Notes: generated by a model not told the origin, from the letters alone. A DNA stretch of 62,636 bases, filler included, from Collodictyon triciliatum (GCA_043381765.1; 5 parts of 5 records of this genome joined end to end with filler, not necessarily neighbours in it); one strand, 5' to 3'; positions 14,001-26,234 are shown, counted from the first letter of the whole stretch. Program-made: numbers and translations.

Positions 14001-17000
14001 AGAGGGAATATAAAATACTTGTTGAACTCTTTTAATTGACGGAAAATGAGCGTCATTTTCTGCATCTCATCGTAAAGAGCCTTGTACTGCTCCAAGAAAT
14101 GTGCACCGAAAGTCACTTCGATCTGGGTGTGGAACAAGCGCACGTCCTCTAATAACGAGAAAGAACCTGATTTTTCCTCCACGTGTATTTTGAATGTTGT
14201 TAAGAGAGATTCCAGGTTCTGATAAACATGTGAGAGCCTCATAAGGGACGATGATTTTTCTTTTAGCCTCAAGAAGAGGCTATGCCAATGAGTGTGATGT
14301 TTGAGTAATACAGGGAATTCTCGTGGAATTTTAAGGGCTTGCACCAATTCAAACATCAAGTAATCGATAACAACGTTGGATACATCATCAAACTATATAT
14401 TTCAAGCAAAATGATTAAAGAAGAGTATAGGAATTTTTTTAAAATAAATAAATAAATAATTGACTCATTCATGATTGTAGTCAGAAAATGTATATTAAAG
14501 AAGAACCTGGAGCAAAAACATTATGGAATCAAATTTGGGTTCTGAGACAAATATCGAACTCAGTCCTTTCAATAGAAGTAATGTAAGTGAATCTGGAAGA
14601 GCTTTAAATTCAGCCGTAGAATCATATAAGGCTTTGATTGTCTTGTCCAAACGATTGCTCTGGACATACGAAACCACAGTGTTTTCATATATTTGAATTG
14701 CTGCTTCATTTTTAAAGATTAAGTAGAAATGACCCAATGACTGCACAAATTCTCTAAAGTTGGTAAATATTGTATCGTTAGCCTTCAGAGACCTGAGCAA
14801 AGAATCTTCTGTTAATTTCAAATGACCCTTAGACATGCCTCTCTTGAACAGAATTTGGTACCAATCCAGAACTCTTGGCCAGTAACAGACGTCAGGATTG
14901 GTTAATAGGGCTCTTATTATACGGTCCTGGATTAAGTCTGGATTGCTCGATAATATGTCAAAGGTTCTTAATAAGTAGATAGATGAGCTTAGCAATGATT
15001 CAAGAATGAGCTGACAAGCATCAGTGGTGGTCTGGGTCCATCGATTCCCTCTTAAGAGGGTTACGGCCATATCCAGGTTGGCAACTTCAGGTTGTGTAAG
15101 AAGGCTATGAGCGAATGAAGCTACCAAACTATCTCTCATGCGAAAGAGGACAACTCCAACAGAGGCTGTTGGATCTTGATTGGAACTAGACTCTTCCCTT
15201 TTCGATAGATTCACAACTTCATGAATTGCTCTTATTTGATCTGCCACAAGAAAAAAAACATTTTTTATTTACTTCCAACTTTTTTTTTTAAAAAAAAAAT
15301 ATTGTAGGAATAAAAAAAAAAAAGAAGTGATCTATCGGACAATATAGATGAACGATAGAGCGGACAAGAAAAACAAATATAAGGAAAGGGAAATGAAGAA
15401 ATAACTACCCTCGAACGACAGAAATTTGGACATGTACGTGACCAGTGCAAAAGGATCGTGAATTTTTTGTTGACTTCCTTGTTTTTTTATGACCTCACAA
15501 AACTTTGAGATACTGTATTTAGCAGTTTGCGAAGAACGGATTGCAGAAAAGCCTTCGTAAGAACACTCAATCTTCTCTATCTGGTCCATTTTGAAATCGT
15601 TGATAGAGTTGAAGACATTGTTAAAAGCGCATATGGGGGCAACAAAATCATCATTCGTTCTATTGATTATATCTGTAAGTATGTAAAAAAGGGATGTCAT
15701 GATAACACGAAGGGGGACCATAACTCCTCTTCTAGATTTTAATGTGCTTAGAAGAGCATCTGTGTATGGCTCAAAAACAACTTTTGCCGGATGGAACGTT
15801 GATGAAAGAGGGAAAACTGATTTGTTTCCAAAATAGCGTAAGTTATGAACTACCCAGAGCCAGTGGGAAATAGCACTAAAAAAATTGACAGAGTTATACG
15901 AGTCCATCAATATGTTAAGGGACTGGCCCATAGTCAATGGAGTAGGGAGGAGATTGTACTTTTTCAGGCTGTCAAATAGTGAAACGTAATCAGCATAATC
16001 CAGTTGGTGCCTCTTAGTTTCTTGCTCCAAATCGGCGGTGGAAATTCCTTCTGGAAATAAAATGGTCAGATATCTACGGAAGCATGCCGTAATTCCCATT
16101 GTGAGTCCATGTCTTGATTCTGCAAGGAATGCTTCCGGAACGGGCTGGTTGGCCACGATGTGCATGGTACAAAAGCAAGCATGCTCGTCAATATCAATAA
16201 AGAAAGTTTGGGCATTTCGCACTGATCCATTCTCATCCAGCAGAACAACACTGATGGCCTGTGCGATCTCAGTCTCCCATGGGTGGATTTGGATATCTGC
16301 AACGAATACGTTGGCAAAGTCGTCAAGCCTTTCGCTCAGTTTCAAAACTTGATAGGCGTTGGACTGTCCGTAGCTGTAAAATACTCCTACTCTTGGAGTA
16401 AAGCCCTCGATATTCGTGACATAGGTCCACACTGAAATTTTCTTTCTTTTTTCTTGCCTCAAATCCGCCTGGTGCAGTTGCATATGATGCCTGGCCCCCT
16501 TGATAGTGGCGTCTAATTTCTCGAGAGTGGACTCTGATTGAGACGTGCGAAATTCTGTCGAGATGTGACTAACATCCAGAGGGCGGAGTTTTTTAGAATC
16601 CATTCCTACCTGCTTGCTTTTAAACAATCCCGCCAAAGGGTTCTTGGTGTCTGGTTTCTTTTTCTGGTCACTCTCCTTTGCAGCCTTCAGGATGTTCAAG
16701 TATTTGGCAATTTCAGGATACTTAAACCCAGAGTCAGTGTTAGCTCTTCCAAACCCTCTCATAAGATGACCTGGAGTATCATCGTTGGGTATCTGAGAGA
16801 GTTGTTCATAGCTCAAAACAGGAAGGAATTTGCTACTCTTTTCTGAGCTAGATGCATCCCCTGCCATTAAATGCTCTTGCTCCTGGAGCATCTTAGCAAG
16901 CTCTGCATCGTTGCTTGTATCCAGCAAAACGGTCACGCCTAGAGGCGAAGATGAGGAGGGAGAAGGGGCAGAAGCAGAAGCAAATGCAGACGCAGACGAT

Positions 17001-17893
17001 TCTGGGTCGGGCTTTGGGATGCTGCCCTGAACCTTAGGCTGTTGTGGAAGAACGATGCCAACGAGCTCCTCGGGCGGGGTGCTGTTCTTGCGCTGCAGTA
17101 TAACAGGACGAGGCTTCGAAGCCAGTGGTGGCTCATCTCCGGCCTTAATGGCGTTGTCGATGGAAGCCTGCCGCTGAAGCAGAGTGGATGCAGTCCTCGT
17201 AGGACTAGGTGTGTGGGTTGAGGCAGATGCACGGGGGCCATCTGAAGGCAATACGGAAGCCTGGGAAGTATAGGCAAGGCTTCGTGGATGGTCGGCTGGT
17301 GGCGAGGCTGAGGCTGAGACAAATGTAGAAGGAGAAGTAGAAGTAGCAGACGTTCTGACCGAGTCGCCCAGACCTGATGATGTCTGCCGCAATGCTGGAA
17401 GGAGTGAGCGCGGCTGTCCGAAGCCCGGGCTGGCTCTCATGGACTGGGCAGGCAATGTGCTGACCACGCCCTTTGGTGACGCACTGGGCGATGGTTGGAT
17501 GGTCTCGGCTATCCGGTGCTGGGCTGCTTCGGAGAGACCAAGGTCTTTGAGCAGGCCTTGCTGCGTGCCAAAAGGCAAAGCGTTGCGGATGCCCTTGGCC
17601 AAGAGTATGGCGGTCTCGTCGCCGAGTCCTCTACTTGCCCAGAAGACGGCCCCTTCGAGGAAGTTTCGCCCACGGGCCTGATTTGTCCGGGTCATATCCT
17701 GGAGGATCGATTCGCAGTCCTTGGCTTGCAGAGTGCCGAGAGACTCGGCTGTCCTGAAGTTGCGCGAGTGCAGAGCATTCAGAAGGAAGGAGACAGACTG
17801 GGACTCAAGCACCTTCTCCAGCGTCAAGCTGCCCGGTGGTGGTTCCGGTGAGCTGGGCGCCTTTCCTGACGGCCTTAAGTCCTCTTGCGACAT
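214..17893 (-). CDS. RNF213: RNF213/mysterin-like giant AAA+ ATPase / RZ-finger E3 ligase, multi-exon, 3' end runs off the window start
   Basis: Hand-spliced ORFs give the RNF213 motif series in order: SPGYGKT (~11400), IM|GETGCGKT (9548-9632), YLFFDEIN, IIGACNPYR, LVYLVYPIPPSM..VWDFG, VSLRDV, LIVGKPGSSKS, VLLDEVGLAE.SPDLPLKVLH, VGISNW.LDAAKANR, YGLRDFY, NIYESLYDVLNQHY, PPPFLNRFEK, then an RZ finger (2779-2921) and YSYGRG (~590). GT-AG junctions keep frame where checked. The last exon seen is 214-299 with no stop. Confidence 0.93.
1646..1707. repeat. (CAAA)n microsatellite, intronic
   Basis: Direct reading. Confidence 0.95.
2779..2921 (-). other. Exon encoding the RZ-type zinc finger of the RNF213-like protein
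   Basis: AG/GT-bounded 143-nt exon missed by the ORF track. Spliced translation MPDDSRKKNALAWINAQYGVYVSPKGCLYNVWNCTWPMEVVRCQECGNEDTGGTNHNP aligns with the recalled RNF213 sequence MPED...WYTCPNGHPCSVGECGRPMEQSICIDCHAPIGGIDHKP. Confidence 0.85.
6594..6645. repeat. (AAAAAG)n next to a 5' splice site
   Basis: Direct reading. Confidence 0.9.
8523..8721. repeat. poly(A) plus (AAAAATC)n, intronic
   Basis: Direct reading. Confidence 0.95.
10526..10548 (+). mobile_element. 3'-end copy of the same element in an RNF213 intron
   Basis: TCTTTGAATCGAATAAAGGAAA followed by (TAAAATAA)n. A TSD cannot be resolved in the low-complexity flanks. Confidence 0.6.
10946..11039. repeat. (AAT)n microsatellite, intronic
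   Basis: Direct reading. Confidence 0.95.
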
Positions 17894-17965
17894 TCGCGTT
17901 TGCTCGGGTTTGTCTATTGGAGAAGCTGCGTTAGGTCAGGATCCGGTGAGCAGTACTTGCAGTGA

Positions 17966-18004
<39 letters not shown>

Positions 18005-18036
18005 CCTTTTAAAATTTTTTTTTTTTTTTTTGGGGG

Positions 18037-18136
18037 NNNNNNNNNNNNNNNNNNNNNNNNNNNNNNNNNNNNNNNNNNNNTTAATTAATTAANNNNNNNN
18101 NNNNNNNNNNNNNNNNNNNNNNNNNNNNNNNNNNNN
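18037..18136. other. Artificial contig linker (N run, TTAATTAATTAA, N run)
   Basis: Six-frame-stop spacer embedded in Ns; the same design occurs four times. Confidence 0.97.
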
Positions 18137-18247
18137 ATGGTAATGGTAATGGTAATGGTAATGGTAATGGTAATGGTAATGGTAATGGTAATGGTAATGG
18201 TAATGGTAATGGTAATGGTAATGGTAATGGTAATGGTAATGGTAATG
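18137..18247. repeat. (ATGGTA)n at a contig end
   Basis: Direct reading. Confidence 0.95.
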
Positions 18248-18392
18248 ATAAAAATAATCAAAAACAAAAAATAGGGAAAGGGAAAGGAGGAAAGGGTTGC
18301 ATATCACAAAGATAGGATGTCATATTCTTTTTATGTAAAATTTTCTTTTTACAAACTGTGTTTATTAAAACATAAGGGGAAAATATATGTAC

Positions 18393-19709
18393 CGGTCATT
18401 TTGGTCTCGACCACAGTGACTAGCGTATGCTAATGTATTAGAACCACATCCATCACTCCCATAGGTGAAAAACATAATTATGTCTGCATTTGGAATCCCT
18501 GTGCCTGCTGAAATAGGAGTACATGCTGTTGCAGATGTACAAAGCTGGACATTTTCATTAATTTAGCCATGATAGACAGGCGATTTGTGTAATATCAAGA
18601 TGAAGAGGTGCTCTTCATGGAGATGGAAATCTGAAAAAACTGCACCGCGCCAGCCCCAAGGTATTGCTCTGGGACCGTGGTCGAGCCGCATGTGGATGTA
18701 CCATATTGGGCACAGGCTCCATTGTTGTATGCGCTTATGCAGTTTCTTGGAAGGCTTAAGAATTTAGTTAAAGATTATTCAATTATTGATTTAAACTACC
18801 TAAGAAAAAAGGTATTTTCAAGCTAAATATAAGAAAACACTATTTATAATATTTTCTTGTTCGGAGTATTTTGCTGCGTAGATAAACCAATTATGAAAAG
18901 TGAAACATGTTCTTTATCATTGTAGTATGATTTAGGGTGGAGAGTGAGTGATTAGAATACTAGTGTTGTAGCTGCTTTTAATGACTTACAGAAGATTTCC
19001 TTGAACTGAGTTAACATAGAGCATACTAGAGAGTGAATCGATGGCCATGGGCAGAATGGTATTTGTAAAAAGAGACCTTCATATGGCGCCCACAGAAGTA
19101 TAATATCAGTAAATATATATAATGTCGGATTTTTTTATTAAACGAAACCCCCTCCCCTGGCATAAAGATATGTTTGGCAGACTATGTGGCTTTGAAAATA
19201 AGACGACCTTATTTCATCCATTGATAAAAAGATCATACAAAATGCGATAAACACCTGTTTGCATCATCCATGCCGCTGAGGTTAATACTGGTGTATATGC
19301 GAAGATTTCCCTTAGTTCCACGACGACCAAGTGCTCCGTATGTTTGGTTGTATCGACCAAATGACTGGCGGCCTCCCGTTCGTGCCATCACCTCGTCATG
19401 GTCGCATCTGCCCATGATTTCGCCCTCCTGTGTTTCGAGAAGTATGTAATGGTGAAAGGCTGAGCTCAAGACTCACACATATACGGTGAACACATCACGA
19501 ATAGGTGGGAAAAGATCCTCTTTATTTTCATTCTATTTTTTTGTTTTTTTATAAAAAAAAAAAAAACTAGACAAGATTCTTTGTGCAAGAGGCATCAAGA
19601 GTTTACAATATCTCCCCAATAAACCAACCTGAACAAAGCAAAGACACAAGGGCAAGGTCACGAGGAAGACAGCAGCAATTAATGCCGAGAAGCTTGAGCC
19701 TCGGGTCAT
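18393..19709 (-). CDS. Leishmanolysin/GP63-like metallopeptidase (peptidase M8), 5' part, truncated by the contig end before HEXXH
   Basis: Spliced: signal peptide MTRGSSFSALIAAVFLVTLPLCLC; propeptide cysteine switch RCDHD; ILPMAIDSLSSMLYV; CGSTTVPEQYL; GTGIPNADIIMFFT; TLAYASHCGRDQNDR (M8 'AYA..C..D...RP' motif). Confidence 0.85.
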
Positions 19710-20917
19710 CTCCAACCTAGCGATATTTGGTGATTTAAGTAAAAGAGCTGAATCGGACTACCTTTACGCCAGTTTAGCCTTAATGACGGCAGCATTCTTT
19801 TCACAAGATTTTTTTTTTATTCTTCCTTTCAATTTTGTGCAGGATGGTGAAGATGTTGGCATTCTTTTCACAAGATGAGTGATCCAAAGGCACACAGAGA
19901 GCAGCAACACAAGGCAGTGGGGAAAGAGAGCAAGTAAATAAATAAATGTTTTTTCCACATGATTTAATACCCGCAGGTGGCTGAACCTATTTCCTTTGTG
20001 AGGTAACTGTGTTTGGTTATTGTATCAATCGCACCATACACACACACACACACACACACACAGATAAACTCAAAAGAAAAAGGGTCGTGATTATGGCAGG
20101 AGGGAAAATGACCGCGTATTATTTTAACACAGCCAGCAAATGCTCCGCTGTTTCTGTCTGGCCGTATACACCTTCCCGCCCGCACGAACATCCTCTCCGT
20201 TTGCCCATGTGTTTGTCTGAAATCCATTCTTCGCTTGGGCCATGCAGGGACACAACCCCGAGCAGGATGGGTTGTGTGTCGCAGGAAGTGTGACTCAGTA
20301 TGTTTTGTGGGTTCCAGTCCACTTTTCAAGGGCGCAACACACTGTGACTCTGGGTTGTTGTTAATGCCGGTCGATGGACGGGCTTGTGCTCTCACGGCAA
20401 CAAAGTTTCAAATGTTTCGGTTGCACATGCGACTCTTTCTTTTTCTTCTTTTTTTTTTCATTTTTTTTTAGGTTAAGGTTTTTCTTTTCTCATCCGCAGT
20501 CGGGTTGGGTTTTTGCGGCTCTCAGAAAACGGCAACGCGCTATTACGGTATGTGCAAGCAGTTTATATGTCTGCGCAGGGATCGGGTCGTGAGGAACGGA
20601 AAAGATAGGAAGTGCGAGAAGGCGAATTGGACAGGCAAAGCTGAGGAGCCCAATCTATTCACAGGGGGCGATGCAGAGTATTGACAAGAGGGCACACAGG
20701 CCAGGATAAAGGCTGTTGATAATGGAGCAAAAGCAAGGGAATTGAAGCAGGGGAGATGCAGCCGGAGCTCAAGCTGCCGAGAGAATAGAGAATAGAGAAT
20801 AGAGGAGGAAGGAGAGAAGGATGCGTGTGCCAAGCACGAATCAGCAAGTGCAGAGAAGCGAGCCGAATGTTGAAAGGCTGGCGGCAGACTCTGCCCATCC
20901 AGAAGGCAGCTGAGCGC

Positions 20918-22800
20918 TTATTCTTTGCTGCGGCGGCGTTTGGAGGGCGTTGTGTTGTGGGCCGAGGCAGCGCGCGGCGTTTCTGAATCGATGCCTTTGG
21001 GCAAAAGGCCACGGATAAGCCGCTCCATCTCCTGGCTGCTTGCTGCTGTGGAGAGTCCGTCCCGCACACTCAGCAGGGCCCGGCGCAGCTGCTCGCATCG
21101 GCTGTGAAGGCGGTCGCATTCTCCTTGGTAGAAGCTAAGCTGCTCCCGCTTCCTCTGTCTCGACAGCTGGGCCGACTGCCGATTCTTTATCATCCGACGC
21201 ACTCGACGCCACAGGCGCCGCGTTTCTGTGTCCATGGCTTTCTCGTTGGGCCGAGAATTTAGAAGCTCCACCGTGACCTCCTTTCGCTCAATCAATCCTT
21301 TCAGATACTCTGCGTCCAGCTTGAGTGCAGACTCTCCAGTTGCTCGCCCTCCTTTGGCACTGTCTTTCCTTGGATTGCCTGCTGTTTGGTTGGAGGAGTA
21401 CATGGAAAGCTTGCGTTTCCCTTGTTGTGTCTTTGGGAGATATGGATGGGCACTGTGTTCAGACTGGAAGGAGCTAACCTCATCATTCTTGGACTCTAAG
21501 TCTTCCTCTGGCTCGCTATCGGTGCTACTGATACATCCAAGCTCAGAGCTAGAAGCATCACTGCTATTTTCAGAGCCAGTGAAGTCGCTGGATTCAGATT
21601 CTTTGTTGAAATTAGAGATTATATCGGCATCGCAGAGGGGCCTGATGTGTTGGTTGTTGGATTGGTTCCATCCGGATGCGGTGAGGGCGATAGCTCCCTT
21701 GCTGCCACCTGACGAAGGTGAGTGATCAATTCGTATGGACGTTAGGCTCTTGCCTCCTCGTCCATTCTTTGTCGTTGGTGTGCGTGTCTCATTTTGCTTA
21801 TAGTCTGATATAGTCTCTTCTGTCGCGGCAATTGGATATTTTCTAGGTCTTCCGACCGGGCGACCGGTGCTTCCGCCTCGTCCTCTACCTCGTCCTCTTC
21901 CTCCTCGTGTAGCACCTCGTGTAATAGGGCTGATGCTGTCCAGTCCCTCACTCACTTCAGATTTCTGGGAAGGAAGTGATAGTCTCCCATATTTGTGATT
22001 TCCCCCTTCCTCATTCTCTTCTTCAGGATGCACATTCGCTTCTTGAATGTCTGTAATCGTCACTGAATCAGAATCTTCTTCGGCTTTACAATCTTCGCGA
22101 GCTGCAAAATCCACCTCTGGTGCAGAGCGGAAATTTCGAGTGACCTCCTCGAGAGCCCGGTTGAATTCCGAATCACTTACTTCGTGTAAATATTCCAAGG
22201 GTAGAGGTGTCTCTTTATCATTCTTGGGGACACTAAATACATGGGGTGGGGTGGAGAATATTGTTGTCGGGCAATACTGTGGTGTTATGAGTCCATCTTC
22301 AATACTGGCAGTCTCCGGCTTCACCGGAACAAGAGGAGAAAATATATCGGCATCCATCTCCACCTCATTCTGATATTTCAGGTCTTCGAGGGTCTCGTAA
22401 TCTGATGTAAGGTGGGGTGAGTGGAAATCCAAGTGCCATATGGGTATACGTAAGTAAGAGTTTTGAGTAGGGGTGAAGTTAAATACTGCATACCTTTTGT
22501 GTGGGGAGAGAATAGGCTTTTTCCTTGGCCAAACAAGGGGGACGGCATATGGCCCAGCGGTAGAGTGCTCTGTGGCTGTCTGAGTGACTGGGATATGTTG
22601 TAGGGAGAATCCTCTGCTGTGGACGAAAGCATTCTTGCATCCAAACGAAGATTTCTAATTGCGTCGAATCTTGGTCGACATGCATAGAATTCTGGATTCA
22701 TGTTTGAGGGCTCGTCCCAGGAATGCATAGGGACGCCCAGACTTTGTGATGACTGCATATCACCTAGCTGGAGGTCTAAATTATCGACGTTGTCTTCCAT
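20918..22800 (-). CDS. bZIP transcription factor with AT-hook and RG-rich segment; 2 exons (intron 22402-22493)
   Basis: Basic region RRMIKNRQSAQLSRQRKR followed by a short zipper; AT-hook RPVGRPRKY. A GTATGC...CATCAG intron joins ORF 22378-22800 to ORF 20918-22432 in frame. A further upstream exon is possible. Confidence 0.88.
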
Positions 22801-24044
22801 CGTGTCTTTGTGAGTGTTCTTGTCGGGAATCGGTTCTGCGTCGAAGTACTCTTTGAAAAAAAAGAAAGGCCCTATGTTTGTGAAAGAAGTGAATCATAGG
22901 CTGGCAGAGGGAAAGAGACCTGCTTCTCTATCTGTTACATCCTCAAGAATAAATTCAAAAAAAAATGAAATGCGGGAAGGATTTTTTTTGTAGGGAAAAA
23001 ATGATGGTTTGACTCATGTAGACTATCATTCCCCGGGCCCAACAATATTAGAATGCGGGAAAAGTTATCAAGCCAACACAGGCGGGCTATGCTGAAGCAC
23101 ACTCCCTCTTCCGGTGCTAAACAAAGCTCCCCTACTCTCTGTCGGCTACCGACCAAGTGAAAAAAAGATCCGATGTTTCTAGATCTCTCTGGTGGCCGGT
23201 TGTCTGTGCTCTTGTCCTTGGATGCTTCTATCGGCTTGGGTTAGACCGAGCGCAGGATCTAGATCGAAATGCGCTTCGAAAACATTGGCTTGTCCTTTGA
23301 GAACTGAGCCGCCGGCTGTTTTTTTATAGATCGCATGGCTTCGGTTATGCTTGGATTCTTCCTCGAACAATCTATACCCACATTTGTAATTTGATCTATT
23401 TTTATTGCCAACTTCGGTCCATTCTCTGAATATGACGCACTTTTCCGCGAAAGGCCCGCGGTCAACCTTTAAGTTAGTTGGTGTCGAGTTGCTAAATTTG
23501 TCCTGTGTTTCTTATTTTCAAAGGAAAACACCCTTTTTAGTTCTCCTTAGAAAGGTATGTGCTTAAAAATTATATTTATAGATTTTCGTGGCTGTTTAGA
23601 TTAGCCACAAGTGCAAAATCGGTGTGTGTGGTGCTTGACATTCTTATATAATCAATTTGTATGTATGAAGATATTTTCAATTATCGAAAGATGACTAATG
23701 CTCCATTATTGGCTCTTTATAGATATTATATATTAAATTCCATAAATGAATATTTAGCAAGATTACATTCACTTTAAAGTAGATATAGATTCACATCCGA
23801 GAATGGGGTGCCCTTCAGCGTATTTATTCAGCGCTCCCTTACCCGTGCCGTTTCTGGCGGCGTGGCCTTGGGGAAATTGGGCCCACAGATTCCAAGCAGC
23901 CCCACAAGTAGAATCAGTCCAGGCGTGCTGTTGATGTGTAGATCATTACGGAACGATGGAGAAACCCTCTTAACTATCTCTTACATTGTGCCAACTTTAA
24001 AGGCGCGGTGCTTAAAATCAAAAAGACAAGGAAAAGAAGCTACG

Positions 24045-25874
24045 ATGTCCTTTTTGCATCGTCTCGCACGGACGGTTAGATCTGGTGAGTCCCGCTACCT
24101 TTGCAAAGGGTGCCACCCTAACGCTTATCGACTTTTCAATATAAATGAATTCTTTCCTGGCTGCCCTATGAATATCTTTGCAAAACAATTATATATCAGT
24201 TGGAGTTGCCATGACCTCGCTGCACTTTGAATCGAATAAAGGAAACAATTATATATCATTTGAAGTGATATGCTTTTCAACAACATAACTGCTTCCTTGG
24301 AATCCTGGGCGTCCTTTCCAAGCCAGTCTTCATCAAGGAGACACACACGCCGCAGAAGGTCTTTCCATTTTCGCATTTTCCGGAGGACAAGGAAAAGTGG
24401 TTTGTTGCAAACGATAAAGGCCTTGGAGGTTTGTATTTTGCTAGTTTACATCTCTTGAAGACACTGAGCGGCACAGAAAAAGCAAGAAAATAAATAATGA
24501 ACAGGTACAAAACAAAGACAATAAAATAAAAGAAATAGAGAATTCATCAATTAGATGGGTCCAGGGCAGTGGTATGTTTAGATGGTTTATTCGGTTTTGA
24601 GTGTAATGCTCACAAAATCAAATTCTAGGCACTTCAACAGGTATGATTGAAGAGGGAGAGGACAATCAGGGTAAGCATTTGAAATATCCTTTGATATCGA
24701 GGCAATTGGGCTGGATTACATAAATCCTTTCCATTTCCTTCTTTATTCGATATGAAGTACACGAGGCGTCCATTCTTCTTCAAATATTCATCAAAATCAC
24801 AATAGCATGGTTGAATTATATCACTTGAGTCTCTTTGACGTTGTTATAAATTCACTTACATAGGTATTGTGTTCAGCGGAAAACTTGCAATGGCTCTTCC
24901 TGACAAGAGAATGAAAACGGGCTATGTTGCGCTGCGACTTCGGGTTTGTGACAAGTAGAAGGCCATCATCAGACAATTATTTCTTCTATTGATGCCACTC
25001 TCAAGGAGGATATACGTTTGGTACTTGTGCCACTGCTATTGTGTATATGTTTAAGTGGTGTATTATCGAAACATTGTACTTTTCCCCAGAAAAACTCATG
25101 GTACATCTCTAGGAGTTTGGTGCGCCAATTCCCTTATCATTTTATGATAAGATATCCATCAATTTGAAAGGGGTTTGTATTTTTTTTTGAATTAGGATCA
25201 AACAAACTCAACCAGATTCGGTTTTTTTTTTTAATTCTTGAAAGATATCTGGCTATTGTAATTCAACTCCTACTAATCAACCATTGACCACATCAGGACG
25301 ATAGGCGGTACGTCATCACAATGCGCCCAGTTATTGCCGAAAGCCACGACCAGATATTCCAGGCACCCATCATGATTCGAAATCCTGGGCAATGGGAAAC
25401 CATCGATGTGAGATACGATAGTACTATTTGAGATACAGCCAGCGCTATCATTTCAACCTTTTGGAGTTTGCGTTAAAAACACTCTGTATTTGCAATTTTG
25501 CTCTCTTTCGCCGTTATTGCGTGAATCACCAGATGATGGACTACATCGACAGTTGGTGCGATGTCATTTTATTTATCTATTTACTCAGGGTTTCTGATTA
25601 GATTCCGCTGGAAACCTTACAACTAACGTGGCGCGGAAAGCCTGTTCTTCGTCGTTTCCCGATTCGAGGGTCTTCCGTGGAATCCTTTGGGATTACAATT
25701 ATGGACTCCAACGTAAGTCCGTGGGTTTTATGACGGTCTTTTCCTGCAGCCAAATTCCGCCTGACTGATGATTTGCTTAAGGAGGACCCGTTCAGATTGG
25801 AGATCAAGTCCATCAACTTCAGGCTGGATGGAAGTGTGTGGGTTCCCGAGGCTCCAAAGAAGGCATATTTTTAA
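24045..25874 (+). CDS. NDUFAF1: Complex I assembly factor NDUFAF1/CIA30, 8 short exons
   Basis: Hand-spliced: MSFLHRLARTVRS (presequence-like) | ..KWFVANDKGLG | GTSTG.. | GIVFSGKLAMALP..TGYVALR | ..ISINLKG | DDRRYVITM..PGQWETID | IPLETLQLTWRG..SFGITIMD | EDPFRLEIKSI..AYF*. These match the CIA30 motifs W..sD..GG.S, F.G.L, GDGR.Y, PG.WET, T..G and F.LEI..I. Confidence 0.9.
24183..24258 (+). mobile_element. 44-bp retro-insertion (24199-24242) with a perfect 16-bp TSD, in NDUFAF1 intron 1
   Basis: AAACAATTATATATCA at 24183-24198 and 24243-24258 flanks GTTGGAGTTGCCATGACCTCGCTGCACTTTGAATCGAATAAAGG. Confidence 0.8.
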
Positions 25875-26234
25875 GAGTAGAAGTCCGGGTGCCCTCATCT
25901 CTGCTACTTTATCTCTTTACTACTACACTTCGGATTTGTCTGCGCCTGATAAACTGGCTCTGCGAAAAGCCCCAATCACAAGTCGGGCTGCTTCTGTTTT
26001 GCTTCTCCCGGCTGGCTGTGAAGCAGGCGAGTAAGTGGCACCCTTTGTACGATGGTGCTATCAAGATAATCTGCTCGGCATCATGGCATACTCAAAAAAA
26101 AATAATTAATGATTGGCAGCGAGCGATACGCATCGCGGGGACGGCTTCTAGGGACACTACGCGGTGAGATTTATGTGTTTTTCTTTCGGGATATTGGTTT
26201 CCTGTCCGTCGTTTTCCTGAGGGAAAGGACACAC

